From NCBI GenBank assembly GCA_050948825.1, contig JBMNEO010000005.1, positions 100,432-164,431 on the forward strand: DNA of 64,000 nucleotides, in the 5' to 3' direction. Source of the stretch: Dethiobacteria bacterium (GTDB lineage Bacteria; Bacillota; Dethiobacteria; DTU022; UBA8154). Positions 48,486 to 58,449 of this stretch are shown here, piece by piece. Every line of letters starts with the position of its first letter. Positions within the stretch are counted from its first letter, which is position 1. Under the pieces are notes generated by a model. That model was not told the DNA's origin. It saw only the letters and a list, made by a program, of their open reading frames with translations, and searched no databases. A program made the translations under genes and the position numbers.

Positions 48486-49598
48486 TTATTTATTAGCCAT
48501 TTTTTTCCTGAGCAATTTATCTGTAAGTAAAGCAGCTGTTGCTGCGGCAGCAAAAAATGCGGGGTCTTTTCCGATACCTCTTCCCATTGTATGCAAATCA
48601 TAACCCTTATTTTTGAGAAAGCGCAATAACCCGGTGCTTTTTATAACAGTAACACTATGTTTTTTAAGCAAGCCATTCATTTTCAATTGCTGAATTAGAA
48701 GCAACATTTTTTTTCTATCAAAGGAGGGTAATGGCAGGCAAGCTTTGCAAGAAGAGATTTCTCCAAGTACGGTCAGCGTATGGTGGCTGAATCCAAAATG
48801 CCTCGCCCTGCTATCACTGAAGCTTATCCTGGGTATAAGGATCGGCAGCCCTCCCAGCTTACAGATCCGGTCAATATGCTCCCCCTGTTCTATACCGCCA
48901 AAGCCGTAACGTGTTGAAGTCCCAACGACACCGGGCCCCGGTATAACGACAATTACCTCTGCACCGAGCTCTTCTCTGGCAGCCATCAGGGCAGTATAGA
49001 TATTAATCGTTTCCAGGTCCCCTCCGAAGGCATGGCCGCAGGTTACCGTGCCCGCAAGGCAAGCATCGCTTTTTAAACGGTGCACCGTATCGCTGAGGTA
49101 AAGAGGCAGCGCTGCGCTATCGGTCATGATATATGCTATCCTGCACCCTGGATTTAACTCCTTCAGCGTCAGGATAAAAGGGGCCAGCATGCTGTGCAGC
49201 TCACCAATTACAACCGGCACATTCTTCAAACCCTGATATTTTTCTGTTGCCAGAGCAGGATTTTTATCCGTCAGAAGTTCTTCATAAACCTGAACTTTAA
49301 GCTGCAGCGGGGAGTAACGTAACTTTATGATATGGCCTCCGGGCGATAAAGTTTTATTACCGGTGGCCTCATTGGCAATAACGAAATGGTACCCTCCGCT
49401 TCCCAACCCAAGCTTCATGGCGGTTATATTTAAAATAACCTTATGTCCTGGTAAGGCCGTTCCGGTTAGAAGGGGATAATTTATGGCTTTTTCACTTATT
49501 TCTCCCCTGCATACCTTTAGACATTGTATTCCTTCCCTTGACCAGAGAATTTTATCTACTATACCCTCTCCGGTTTCAATCAATTCAACCTCTCCCAT
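48486..49598 (-). CDS. DUF3866 family protein
   Basis: 370 aa; family assignment from memory. Confidence 0.4.
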   Translation of the reverse strand: MGEVELIETGEGIVDKILWSREGIQCLKVCRGEISEKAINYPLLTGTALPGHKVILNITAMKLGLGSGGYHFVIANEATGNKTLSPGGHIIKLRYSPLQLKVQVYEELLTDKNPALATEKYQGLKNVPVVIGELHSMLAPFILTLKELNPGCRIAYIMTDSAALPLYLSDTVHRLKSDACLAGTVTCGHAFGGDLETINIYTALMAAREELGAEVIVVIPGPGVVGTSTRYGFGGIEQGEHIDRICKLGGLPILIPRISFSDSRARHFGFSHHTLTVLGEISSCKACLPLPSFDRKKMLLLIQQLKMNGLLKKHSVTVIKSTGLLRFLKNKGYDLHTMGRGIGKDPAFFAAAATAALLTDKLLRKKMANK

Positions 49599-50424
49599 TC
49601 GTTCGGTTTAGGCGGTAAAAAAGCACTTTTTTTTCCAGGAGCCTGCTGAGAGAAAATTTTTCTAAATACCAGTGCAGGAATATTAATATAAAGCTGATTA
49701 CAAGCAAATATTCCGCTGATAAATTAATCATTAAGTAAAAGCCCAGCACTCCTCCCAGTAAATAAGCACCTGCGTCACCAAGCATAATGCGTGTTTTCGT
49801 TTCCCAGAACAAATAGACATAAAGCGCGCTCCAGAGTGAAAAAAGCATGGGAAAGGGGCCTTTAAAAAGCATCAGCAATAGCGATAAAACAAAAAAAACC
49901 TTTGCCGACCTTGCCGGTCTGGTATCCAGGAGATTAAAGATGTTGGAAAAAAGTGCCAGAAAAAGCCCTTTTAGGATCCATACAGGCCAGGAATAACCGC
50001 CTACTGTAAAAGCGGCGAGTACGAACCCCATTGTTCCCCCTCCCACAGCTTTATATATACCGGTGGAAATACCTTCTCCCCTCAACATTTTAAACAGGTG
50101 CCCGCGGAAACCTTTGCATTCCTTTTCGCCAAAGAAATCATCCACAGCTCCCAGCAGAGTAATCCCTCCGAAATAGAGCAGCGCAAGCCCTCCGGGAATC
50201 AGCGGGCGGGAAGGGTAGAAGTAATCTGGACTGCAATAGTATAAAAACAGGAAGGAGAAAAAATAAGCCGCCAGCAAAATGATACCTCCCGCTGTTACAA
50301 CCTTTATTCCCTCATAGTTTAAAGTAAGCGCTTTTTCTTTCCTTCCCATGCGCTTAATAAAAAAAGGGGTCAAAAAATAAGCTGTCAACCCCGGAATAAG
50401 GATTATGCCAGTTATGCTCTCCAT
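49585..50424 (-). CDS. Polytopic membrane protein, possibly a glycosyltransferase family 4 (MraY/WecA-like) short form
   Basis: 279 aa, about 8 TM; weak MraY-like features. Confidence 0.35.
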   Translation of the reverse strand: MESITGIILIPGLTAYFLTPFFIKRMGRKEKALTLNYEGIKVVTAGGIILLAAYFFSFLFLYYCSPDYFYPSRPLIPGGLALLYFGGITLLGAVDDFFGEKECKGFRGHLFKMLRGEGISTGIYKAVGGGTMGFVLAAFTVGGYSWPVWILKGLFLALFSNIFNLLDTRPARSAKVFFVLSLLLMLFKGPFPMLFSLWSALYVYLFWETKTRIMLGDAGAYLLGGVLGFYLMINLSAEYLLVISFILIFLHWYLEKFSLSRLLEKKVLFYRLNRTNGRG

Positions 50425-50467
50425 ACTCTTAGTAAGAGCTCCTTTTACAGATTTTCAAAATACCTTT

Positions 50468-51133
50468 TTAAAAATTATAATGTAAGAGTAACTTCATCAC
50501 CGCAAAAAACTGGGATCCCCGGTGAAGATAAGAATGAAAATCGTTTCCCCTCATACGGTGGCTCATCTCAACCGGAATCTCTTTTACCCTGAAGCCTTTC
50601 CTGATACTTTCAATTGTCAGCGCTACTTCTGCGGCAAAACCTTCAGCCTTGAAATCTATCGCTTCCCAGAGAGAACGCTTGATTACGCGCTGGCCAGAGA
50701 GGGGAGCAAGCATCTCCTGCCCCGTATATAACCGAATGCTCCAGAAAGCGAGAGCTTTTACCAGCCCCAGCCCCGCGGCTTTTCCTGAAGAATTAAATCG
50801 GGCAACGGTCATATCCGCTTCGTCCGCCGCGACAGGCAGTATAAGCTTGCGCACTTCCAGGGCCGAATCTCTGAGATCGGCGTCTACAAAGGCCAGCAAT
50901 TCCCCCCTGGAAATACCGGCACCGTCTCGCAATGCCTGGCTTTTTCCCCTGTTTGTACTGTTCCGGCAAACAACAGCCCCGGCGCTTAAAGCTTCAAGAG
51001 CTGTCTTATCCGACGAGCCATCATCGACAACAATCACCTCATCGATCTCAGGCAGCTTGAACAAAGCCTCCACCGTTTTACCAACCCAGCCTTCTTCGTT
51101 ATAAGCCGGAATAATCGCGGAAATTAACAACAC
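50468..51133 (-). CDS. Glycosyltransferase family 2
   Basis: 221 aa; …ISAIIPAYNEEGWVGKTVEAL…VVDDGSSDKT…AFVDADL (DxD). Confidence 0.7.
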   Translation of the reverse strand: MLLISAIIPAYNEEGWVGKTVEALFKLPEIDEVIVVDDGSSDKTALEALSAGAVVCRNSTNRGKSQALRDGAGISRGELLAFVDADLRDSALEVRKLILPVAADEADMTVARFNSSGKAAGLGLVKALAFWSIRLYTGQEMLAPLSGQRVIKRSLWEAIDFKAEGFAAEVALTIESIRKGFRVKEIPVEMSHRMRGNDFHSYLHRGSQFFAVMKLLLHYNF

Positions 51134-51188
51134 TGTATCTCCCTTTGGCAGTGTATACAGCAGTTAGGCCCTGGATCCCCGGCTTCCC

Positions 51189-52034
51189 TTAAGCACTGCT
51201 GCAACTTTTATTTATTAACTCCAGCAGTTTTAATCTGCTGAAAAAAGTCCCTGCACCATGCCTGGCAGAGGAAGCCGGATTATTTTCTGTCCCGGCAATA
51301 CTACCATTAATGTCGGTAATGCCGGTAATAAAATCCTGCCAGATAATAACCTGCTCCGATCCAACCTTTTCCACAAGATGATCAATAAGCTGCCCGGGGA
51401 AGCTGCCGGCGATAAATACTTCCCGCCCGCATTCATTCATCGGGGGTATGCTATTTTCGTTTGGAGCCTTTTTACCGGAGATGATCTCCAGCAACTCTTT
51501 TTCACACAGGATATCCAGGATACTGTCTGCGGCCATCTCCTGCTCTGCTCCGGGAGGCAGGGCCAACTCATTTCCTAGAACATTATACAGTTCAGCTTTA
51601 TCGTTTATAATAAACTCTTCACCCGCATAATTATGCAGTAAAACAGGTTCTTCTCCGCCAAATCCTTCATCAAAAATATAAATCTGATAAGCAGCTCCGG
51701 TTAACTCCAAAAAATCAAGCAGTCCCCCGGGAATTTCTTCATGAACAATTACTTTAACAGCCCGGTTTACGAGTTTATCTTCCAGGAGCAAAGGGGTTAA
51801 ATAATCTTCCTCCAGGGTTTCCCAGTGTAAAAGCTCTTCTTCCAGAAGAGTTAACGACGTAAAGTAAGTATTAACCTCATCTTTATAACGCACTATTTCA
51901 CTTCTTAAACTGTCAATAACAGCAATTTGATTGTGAATTAGCGCATTTTCTCCCATGGACGCACCGATCAGAATTCCGATTCCCAGGGCTAAAAAAACAG
52001 CGATTAGTGAAAAAAAATGATTTTGCTGGTCCAT
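51189..52034 (-). CDS. MctB/SteB-like membrane-anchored protein (annotated 'copper transporter' family, DUF3186)
   Basis: 281 aa; N-terminal TM HFFSLIAVFLALGIGILIG; sits beside a SteA-like gene as in actinobacterial steA-steB. Confidence 0.45.
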   Translation of the reverse strand: MDQQNHFFSLIAVFLALGIGILIGASMGENALIHNQIAVIDSLRSEIVRYKDEVNTYFTSLTLLEEELLHWETLEEDYLTPLLLEDKLVNRAVKVIVHEEIPGGLLDFLELTGAAYQIYIFDEGFGGEEPVLLHNYAGEEFIINDKAELYNVLGNELALPPGAEQEMAADSILDILCEKELLEIISGKKAPNENSIPPMNECGREVFIAGSFPGQLIDHLVEKVGSEQVIIWQDFITGITDINGSIAGTENNPASSARHGAGTFFSRLKLLELINKSCSSA

Positions 52035-52068
52035 TAAAACACGCCTTTATAGTTAAGTAAAATAAAAT

Positions 52069-53214
52069 TTAATGAAATCCGAACCTCCAGGAAAAAAGGT
52101 ATAAAAAATGACGGACAAGCGGAGAGAAAGAGGCCAGCACAACGATTGGGAAAAGTGCTGAAGCAACTAAAATTGATAAATATTGCCATCTGATACCACC
52201 ATGGTACAGTTGGGCAAGGCCTCTGGCATCCACCAGTTTATGGCCCATTTTTAATCTTACCAGGAAAGTTGAAGCCATACCCTTCCTTCCCTTTTCTAAA
52301 AAATCAAGCATATGGGAATGCGAGCCCACGGCCACAATAAGCTCGGCTTTACTTTCATAAGCCAATAGAAATGCCAGATCTTCGCTGGTTCCCGGTGCCG
52401 CAATTATTTTTGCTTCTAAGCCCATGCGGGAAATGCGCTCCATCCCGGGGGCTCTGCCATCCGGATATGCGTGAACGATTATCTCCCCGGCTTTTTTTAG
52501 CGATCTATCCTCAACACTGTCCATGTCTCCGATAATAAGGTGGGGCCTCAGCCCCATCATGCAAAGGGCATCCCCACCTCCGTCAACACCGATAAGCACC
52601 GGCTGAACTTCCCTGATATACGAACGTATCGCTTGCAGATCTTTCTTATAATTTTTACCCCTAACAACAATTAACACATGTTTGCCGGCCAGCCTGGTTT
52701 TGATATCCGGAATATCCAGGTTTTTTAGGATTAGATCTTTTTCCCTTCTGGCATATTCAAGAGTATTTTGTACAAATAAATCAAGCTGCTTTTTTAAATT
52801 TTTTTCTGCTTGATCCAGCTTTTTTTTAAGAAATTGCTTGCTTATTACTCTGCCCTGCCCCAGCATTTCCTCCCTGCAATAAATAGTGCTTCCTGCAATT
52901 GTGACAATCTCTCCCTCGCGTAGAAGTGAATATAGTTTATCCCCAACATTATCCAAAACATAAATACCCTGATCGAGCAATACTTTTGTTCCAAGCGCGG
53001 GATATTCGCCGTTAAAAGTGTTATCAACATTGATTACCGCCTTAACCCCTCTTTCTGCAAGTTCCTGCCCTGCCAATTCATCAAGATTTTTATGTGCGAT
53101 TAAAGCAATATCACCCGGCTGCAGCCTTTTACAGAGGTTCTTCGTTCTGCGGTCCTTTTTTAGAATTCCCTTATAGATCTTTTCCATAAAACCACCTGAA
53201 ACAATTATTATCAT
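52069..53214 (-). CDS. SteA-like protein (thiamine-pyrophosphokinase-like fold, putative cytokinetic ring protein family)
   Basis: 381 aa; directly downstream of spo0A; C-terminal TM segment. Confidence 0.45.
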   Translation of the reverse strand: MIIIVSGGFMEKIYKGILKKDRRTKNLCKRLQPGDIALIAHKNLDELAGQELAERGVKAVINVDNTFNGEYPALGTKVLLDQGIYVLDNVGDKLYSLLREGEIVTIAGSTIYCREEMLGQGRVISKQFLKKKLDQAEKNLKKQLDLFVQNTLEYARREKDLILKNLDIPDIKTRLAGKHVLIVVRGKNYKKDLQAIRSYIREVQPVLIGVDGGGDALCMMGLRPHLIIGDMDSVEDRSLKKAGEIIVHAYPDGRAPGMERISRMGLEAKIIAAPGTSEDLAFLLAYESKAELIVAVGSHSHMLDFLEKGRKGMASTFLVRLKMGHKLVDARGLAQLYHGGIRWQYLSILVASALFPIVVLASFSPLVRHFLYLFSWRFGFH

Positions 53215-53250
53215 TAATTTAACCTTATTTATTAAATTTAAACAAAAAAA

Positions 53251-53280
53251 GGCGTTTAAACGCCTTTTTTGTTCAACGGC
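53251..53280. terminator. Bidirectional terminator downstream of spo0A
   Basis: aaaaaaa-ggcgtttaaacgcc-ttttttg. Confidence 0.6.
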
Positions 53281-53353
53281 ACTTGGAAGTATACATGCTT
53301 GCGGAAGTATACGAGCTTGCTGCGCTCATTCTACCCTGCTTGACTCTTTTTTA

Positions 53354-54151
53354 CTATAGAACCTTGTAGTCGTACTTTCTATTTTTTAAACGAATCCTAT
53401 CGGCCACAAGGGCAATAAACTCAGAATTTGTTGGTTTGCCCTTTTCTGTATTAATTGTATAGCCAAAGAATTTTTTTATCGTATCAATATTATTTCTGGC
53501 CCAGGCAACTTCAATAGCATGGCGGATTGCCCGTTCCACCCTGCTCGGTGTAGTTTCATATTTTTGAGCAATGCGCGGGTAGAGAATTTTTGTAATTGAA
53601 CCAAGCAGCTCAATCTCCTCAGCTACCATAGAGATAGCATCGCGCAGATAAAGATAACCCTTTATATGTGCCGGAATACCAATTTCATGAATAATCTGAG
53701 TAATTTCCTCAATAAAGCCATTATCCTTCCTGATATTAATATTCTTTACCGGATTAACCTGTATCTTCCCGCTTCCGGCAGGTACTTTGCCCAGCTGTCT
53801 AATTCTTTCAGCCAGAACCTCCAAATTAAACGGTTTAAGTATGTAATAAGATGCCCCCAGTTCAACCGCCCTTTGGGTTATATTTTCATGTCCAAAAGCA
53901 GTCAACATGATCACTTTCGGTTTCGGGGAGAGCTCCATTTTATTTAATTCTTCCAGCACTCCGATCCCGTCCAGGTGAGGCATTATTATATCAAGTAGAA
54001 TAATATCAGGATTTTTTTCTTTTACCAGTTCCAATACCTCTTTGCCATTAAAAGCATTGCCAATAATATCCATATCCTCTTCTTTACTTAAATACTCCGA
54101 CAAAAGTTCATTAAATTCCCTATTATCATCTGCGATTAAAATTTTAAACAT
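53354..54151 (-). CDS. spo0A: Stage 0 sporulation protein A (master response regulator)
   Basis: Start [21 protein letters not shown] (GGGGG 7 nt upstream); receiver domain; C-terminal Spo0A DNA-binding domain (…[45 protein letters not shown]…). Confidence 0.9.
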   Translation of the reverse strand: MFKILIADDNREFNELLSEYLSKEEDMDIIGNAFNGKEVLELVKEKNPDIILLDIIMPHLDGIGVLEELNKMELSPKPKVIMLTAFGHENITQRAVELGASYYILKPFNLEVLAERIRQLGKVPAGSGKIQVNPVKNINIRKDNGFIEEITQIIHEIGIPAHIKGYLYLRDAISMVAEEIELLGSITKILYPRIAQKYETTPSRVERAIRHAIEVAWARNNIDTIKKFFGYTINTEKGKPTNSEFIALVADRIRLKNRKYDYKVL

Positions 54152-54196
54152 TTTAAAGCCCCCTTCAATTAACTGAATTATTCTTTTCATATAATT

Positions 54197-54221
54197 ATTC
54201 GACATTAAAAAGACAGTTCCT
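54197..54221 (-). promoter_or_regulatory. Candidate sigma-H-type (Ps-like) spo0A promoter with an overlapping 0A box
   Basis: Minus strand: aAGGAAct, 17 nt, GAAT; TGTCGAA (Spo0A box consensus) overlaps the -10. Confidence 0.35.
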
Positions 54222-54263
54222 TCTATTAAGTAATATTATTATTTATTTTTTATGAATAATAAT

Positions 54264-55577
54264 TTAAGAAACAGGAATTATATTTGTTTCTTTCACCATC
54301 CATTCAGCATAAATCCCGTATCCTCTCGTAGGGTCATTGACAAAAACATGGGTTACAGCTCCAATCAGGCAGCCGTTCTGGATAATCGGGCTGCCGCTCA
54401 TACCCTGCACGATACCTCCTGTTAACTCCAGTAATTCTTCGTCAACAATGCGTAAAATAATTCCTTTATCACCAGGCGTGTTTTTATTTACCGCCCTTTC
54501 GATTTCAATTTCAAAACTTTGTATTTTATTCCCCTCCACAACGGTAAGGAGCTCTGCCGGCCCTGGTTCAACTTGAAAGGCAAGGCCAAGCGGGATAGGA
54601 TCGGGATATGGTGTGACATACTCCCCAACATTGTGCAACTCACCGTATATCCCAAATTTACAGTTTTTCCTGATACTTCCCAAAATGTCCTTTCCTTCTC
54701 GAAAAATCCCCGCTTTTTCACCGGGACGACCTTTTCGTGCCGTTTTAATATTCACTATATCAGCTCTTACAATCATACCGTCGTTAATTTCCAGGGCTGC
54801 GTTGGTATCCAGGTCATTAATGATATGGCCCAGCGCACCATAGAATTGGTTCTCAGGATCATAAAAAGTTAATGTCCCCACACCGGCAGCGGTGTCCCTG
54901 ATATATAAACCGATGCGTCTTTCCCCGGTTTCCGGGCAGGGGTAAGGGACGACATTTATAATAACTGTTTCTTTTTGTCGTTTAACGGTAAACTTCAAAT
55001 CCCCTTTTGCAGATTCACTTCTGATTACATCGGCTGCCATATCAATATCATCTATTGCTATACCGTTCACTTTAATAATTACATCTTCAATAAGAATCCC
55101 GGCTTCCTCAGCAGGTGAAAATTTATTCTTTCCGGTTTCCAGATAAAAATATCCTACAGCAAGCACTCCTTTTTCATGAAGTTTAATCCCGATGGAATGG
55201 CCGCCCGGGATTAACTCCATCTCAGGCAAAACACTTACAGTGAGCTGCTTGATTGGAATAAGCCCTTTAAAAAGGCTTAATTCCAGGTTTACATTTCCCC
55301 GGGAAACACCCCGCAGCGAGATATCATTCTGAAATCCCAGCAGGCTTATTTCATCATCGCCCACAGGAGAGCCGTTGATATTAAGAATATCTGCTCGATC
55401 AGCTTTGATATAAAGGTCGAGGGGGAATTTAACAGAGTAGGAGTGTTCCTGCCCTTCAAAAAGCCGGATATTATCCTCGAGGTGAATTCTTATTTCCAGC
55501 GGCAGAAACAATAAAAAAAGCACTGTAAAGACCGTTATTACCATTAGTATATTTCTTTTTCTGTGAAGGTTGCTCAT
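54264..55577 (-). CDS. spoIVB: SpoIVB peptidase (S55)
   Basis: PDZ domain plus catalytic GGIVQGMSGSPIIQNGCLIGAVTHVFVNDPTRGYGIYAEWM; spoIVB-spo0A arrangement as in Bacillus. Confidence 0.85.
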   Translation of the reverse strand: MSNLHRKRNILMVITVFTVLFLLFLPLEIRIHLEDNIRLFEGQEHSYSVKFPLDLYIKADRADILNINGSPVGDDEISLLGFQNDISLRGVSRGNVNLELSLFKGLIPIKQLTVSVLPEMELIPGGHSIGIKLHEKGVLAVGYFYLETGKNKFSPAEEAGILIEDVIIKVNGIAIDDIDMAADVIRSESAKGDLKFTVKRQKETVIINVVPYPCPETGERRIGLYIRDTAAGVGTLTFYDPENQFYGALGHIINDLDTNAALEINDGMIVRADIVNIKTARKGRPGEKAGIFREGKDILGSIRKNCKFGIYGELHNVGEYVTPYPDPIPLGLAFQVEPGPAELLTVVEGNKIQSFEIEIERAVNKNTPGDKGIILRIVDEELLELTGGIVQGMSGSPIIQNGCLIGAVTHVFVNDPTRGYGIYAEWMVKETNIIPVS

Positions 55578-55813
55578 CCTAATCCTCCCGATAACAATGC
55601 AATTTTTTTTTGCAATTTTTTTTAAGAACAATTTTAAATTGCCTCCGGGAGTTTTTTTTATGCTCCAACTGTTTACATAACCTTAATGTTTTATTTGGCA
55701 TTAATAACAATAAAAAACCTCATTTATTTTTTAAATGAGGTTTTGCGGTATAAAAATTTTAATTTTACGGGGAAGAAAAGATTATTTCTCCCCATATTCC
55801 GGCAATCTCGCGC

Positions 55814-57496
55814 TCATCCGCGTGATTTCTTTAATAGTTCCTCTGCATGGCGCCTGGTTATTTCACCGGTATCGTTACCGCTGAGCATGCGGGCAATTTC
55901 AAGGACCCTGTTTTCACCCTCAAGATAATTCACGCGTGTTGCCGTGCGACCTTCAATTATTTCTTTGTATATATAATATTGGTGATCAGCCGCGCTTGCA
56001 ATATGGACATTGTGTGTTACCGAAATAATCTGGTGCTTTTTGCTTAAATTTACCATTTTTTCAGCTACTTTCTGGATAGTCTTTCCTCCAATACCGCTGT
56101 CAATTTCATCAAAAATTAACACAGGGATATGATCCTGCTCGGCAAGGATGCTTTTTAATGCGAGCATTACCCTGGCCATTTCTCCGGCAGATATTATTCG
56201 CGCCAGGGGTTTTAAAGGTTCTCCGGGATTCGCGGAAAATAAAAATTCCAGCTCTTCTTTCCCCCTGTGGTCCGGGGTATCCTTGGGGGTAAAACCGACA
56301 GAAAAACGGGCACTTTCCATCCCCAGTTCTTGCAGGGCTTCTGCCACCTGCAGCTCGAGTTTTTTGGCTGTTTCTTTCCTCTTGAACGACAACTGTTCGG
56401 CAAAGGTCTCAATTTCAACCTGCAGTTCCTGCAGCTGTTCTTCCAAAAGCAGCGATTCTTCCTCGCTGCTTTCCAAAACACTTATTTCATGACGGCACTG
56501 TTTTTCAAAAGCAAGAATCTCTTCGACGGTTGCTCCGTATTTGGATTTTAAACGACGGTAGAGTTCCAGCCGGTTTTCTATTTCTATTTTTTCTTCGGGG
56601 CAGTATACAAGCCCCTCCAGATATGAGTAAAGATCATGTCCCAGTTCTGATAACCCTGCACTGATCTCCTGCAAGACTTGAATAAAAGGGGTAAGAGCGG
56701 CATCAACCTTAACCAGGGAAGAAAACTCTTCTGTAAAACTATTAATCGTATCCAAAACAGCCGGCAAGTCATGATCATTACCATAGATTTGGTTATATGC
56801 CCTGTTGGCTGTAAAGAGCAGTTTCTCCATATTATCCAGGACCAATAGCCTTTCCCTTAAGCTGTTCTCTTCATCTGCAGCGATAGAAGCATCGTGAATC
56901 TCATCCCTTTGAAAACGGAGCATTTCAAGCCGGCGCTCCCGCTCCCGGGGGGAGATACCGCGTTCGTTCAGTTTTTTCTTGATCTCCTGCCTGCGATCAA
57001 TGAAACCGATCATTTGCTGTTTGACCTTCAAGAGTTCCTCATCCCCGAATTCATCCAAAAGGTACAAATGCTGTTCGGGCCTTAAAAGGGATTGGTGGCT
57101 GTGCTGGCCGTGAAGATCAACCAGGATAGTGCCCAGCTCTTTTAAGGCTGTCAGGGGAACAATACGCCCGTTTACCCGGCAGGTATTCCGACCGCTGCGT
57201 GATATCTCCCTGGTAACGATCAGCTCCTTTTCAAAATCAGGGCCGTATGCTTCCAGTATTTTTTTTAATTGGAGGTCAGCTTCAGAGACTTCAAAAACCG
57301 CTTCGATAATTGCTTTGCTGCATCCAGTTCTCACCTGCTCGCTGGCTGCCCTCTCACCCAGGATAAGATTAATTGCTCCAATCAGAATTGATTTCCCGGC
57401 CCCTGTTTCCCCTGTTAAGACATTCATGCCGGGGAAAAATTCTATCGATAGATCATCGATCAGGGCAAAATCTCGCAGATGTAAAAATGAGAGCAT
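55814..57496 (-). CDS. recN: DNA repair protein RecN
   Basis: Start MLSFLHLRDFALIDDLSIEFFPGMNVLTGETGAGKSILI; SMC-like coiled coil; C-terminal signature. Confidence 0.9.
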   Translation of the reverse strand: MLSFLHLRDFALIDDLSIEFFPGMNVLTGETGAGKSILIGAINLILGERAASEQVRTGCSKAIIEAVFEVSEADLQLKKILEAYGPDFEKELIVTREISRSGRNTCRVNGRIVPLTALKELGTILVDLHGQHSHQSLLRPEQHLYLLDEFGDEELLKVKQQMIGFIDRRQEIKKKLNERGISPRERERRLEMLRFQRDEIHDASIAADEENSLRERLLVLDNMEKLLFTANRAYNQIYGNDHDLPAVLDTINSFTEEFSSLVKVDAALTPFIQVLQEISAGLSELGHDLYSYLEGLVYCPEEKIEIENRLELYRRLKSKYGATVEEILAFEKQCRHEISVLESSEEESLLLEEQLQELQVEIETFAEQLSFKRKETAKKLELQVAEALQELGMESARFSVGFTPKDTPDHRGKEELEFLFSANPGEPLKPLARIISAGEMARVMLALKSILAEQDHIPVLIFDEIDSGIGGKTIQKVAEKMVNLSKKHQIISVTHNVHIASAADHQYYIYKEIIEGRTATRVNYLEGENRVLEIARMLSGNDTGEITRRHAEELLKKSRG

Positions 57497-57572
57497 CTGA
57501 AACACCTTCCCAAAAAAATTCAAAACTATTAAAGCAGATCTCCACCTGGAACAGTAATCCCTTAGCCAGATT

Positions 57573-58421
57573 CTAAATTAGTTTATCGTGTAACAGCTTA
57601 TAAAAATTATTTTCTTCAAAGGTAATTACTTTTGTTACACACTCCGCCCGCCTGATATGAATAGAATCGTTATATTTTAAGGCAAAGCCTTCCTGGCCAT
57701 CCAGCGTCAAAAAAATATCGGCACCCTTTGTGGCTACAGTTAAAGATACAACGTCATTTTGATCGACAATTACAGAACGCTGATAGAGCAGATGGGGGCA
57801 AATAGGAGTAACTACAAGTACATTAAGAAACGGGTTTACAACCGGGCCTCCTGCAGACAAGGAATAACCGGTAGATCCTGTCGGGCTTGCAATGATCACC
57901 CCATCTCCCGGATAACTCTCTAAAAAATCGTGATTAATATATGTATCGATTCTAATAATCCTGGAGAACGGCCCCCTGGAGACAATGACATCATTCAATG
58001 AAATAGATGAAGCGAAATACCGATCGTCTCTAATCACTTCGGTATGAAGCATCATCCGTTCACCAAGCCGATAGTCCCCTTTAACAAGTTTTTCCATAAA
58101 ATAGCTTAGCTTGTCGATTTCGATTTCGGCCAGAAAACCCTTATGGCCTAGATTTATTCCTAAAATGGGAAGTTTTGTACAGGCCAGCTCCCTGGAGGCC
58201 CTTAAAAAAGTGCCGTCACCTCCTACAACAATCGCCAGATCAACTATTTGCGGCCATTTTTTGATTTCATCTATTGGTGAAGCCACGTGCAAAAGGGGAT
58301 CTTTCTCCGGTGCAACATATACAGGGATGCCATGGCTGCTGAAAAAGCTTTTGATACCAGTGACAACTTCCGGCACCCTTTTTTTTTGCCAGTTGGGTAT
58401 TACTCCGATACCTTTTAACAA
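57573..58421 (-). CDS. nadK: NAD(+) kinase
   Basis: 282 aa; GGDGTFL, NDV…RG motifs. Confidence 0.85.
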   Translation of the reverse strand: MLKGIGVIPNWQKKRVPEVVTGIKSFFSSHGIPVYVAPEKDPLLHVASPIDEIKKWPQIVDLAIVVGGDGTFLRASRELACTKLPILGINLGHKGFLAEIEIDKLSYFMEKLVKGDYRLGERMMLHTEVIRDDRYFASSISLNDVIVSRGPFSRIIRIDTYINHDFLESYPGDGVIIASPTGSTGYSLSAGGPVVNPFLNVLVVTPICPHLLYQRSVIVDQNDVVSLTVATKGADIFLTLDGQEGFALKYNDSIHIRRAECVTKVITFEENNFYKLLHDKLI

Positions 58422-58449
58422 CGCGCCTTTCCCCTTCCCTGTAAATTTC

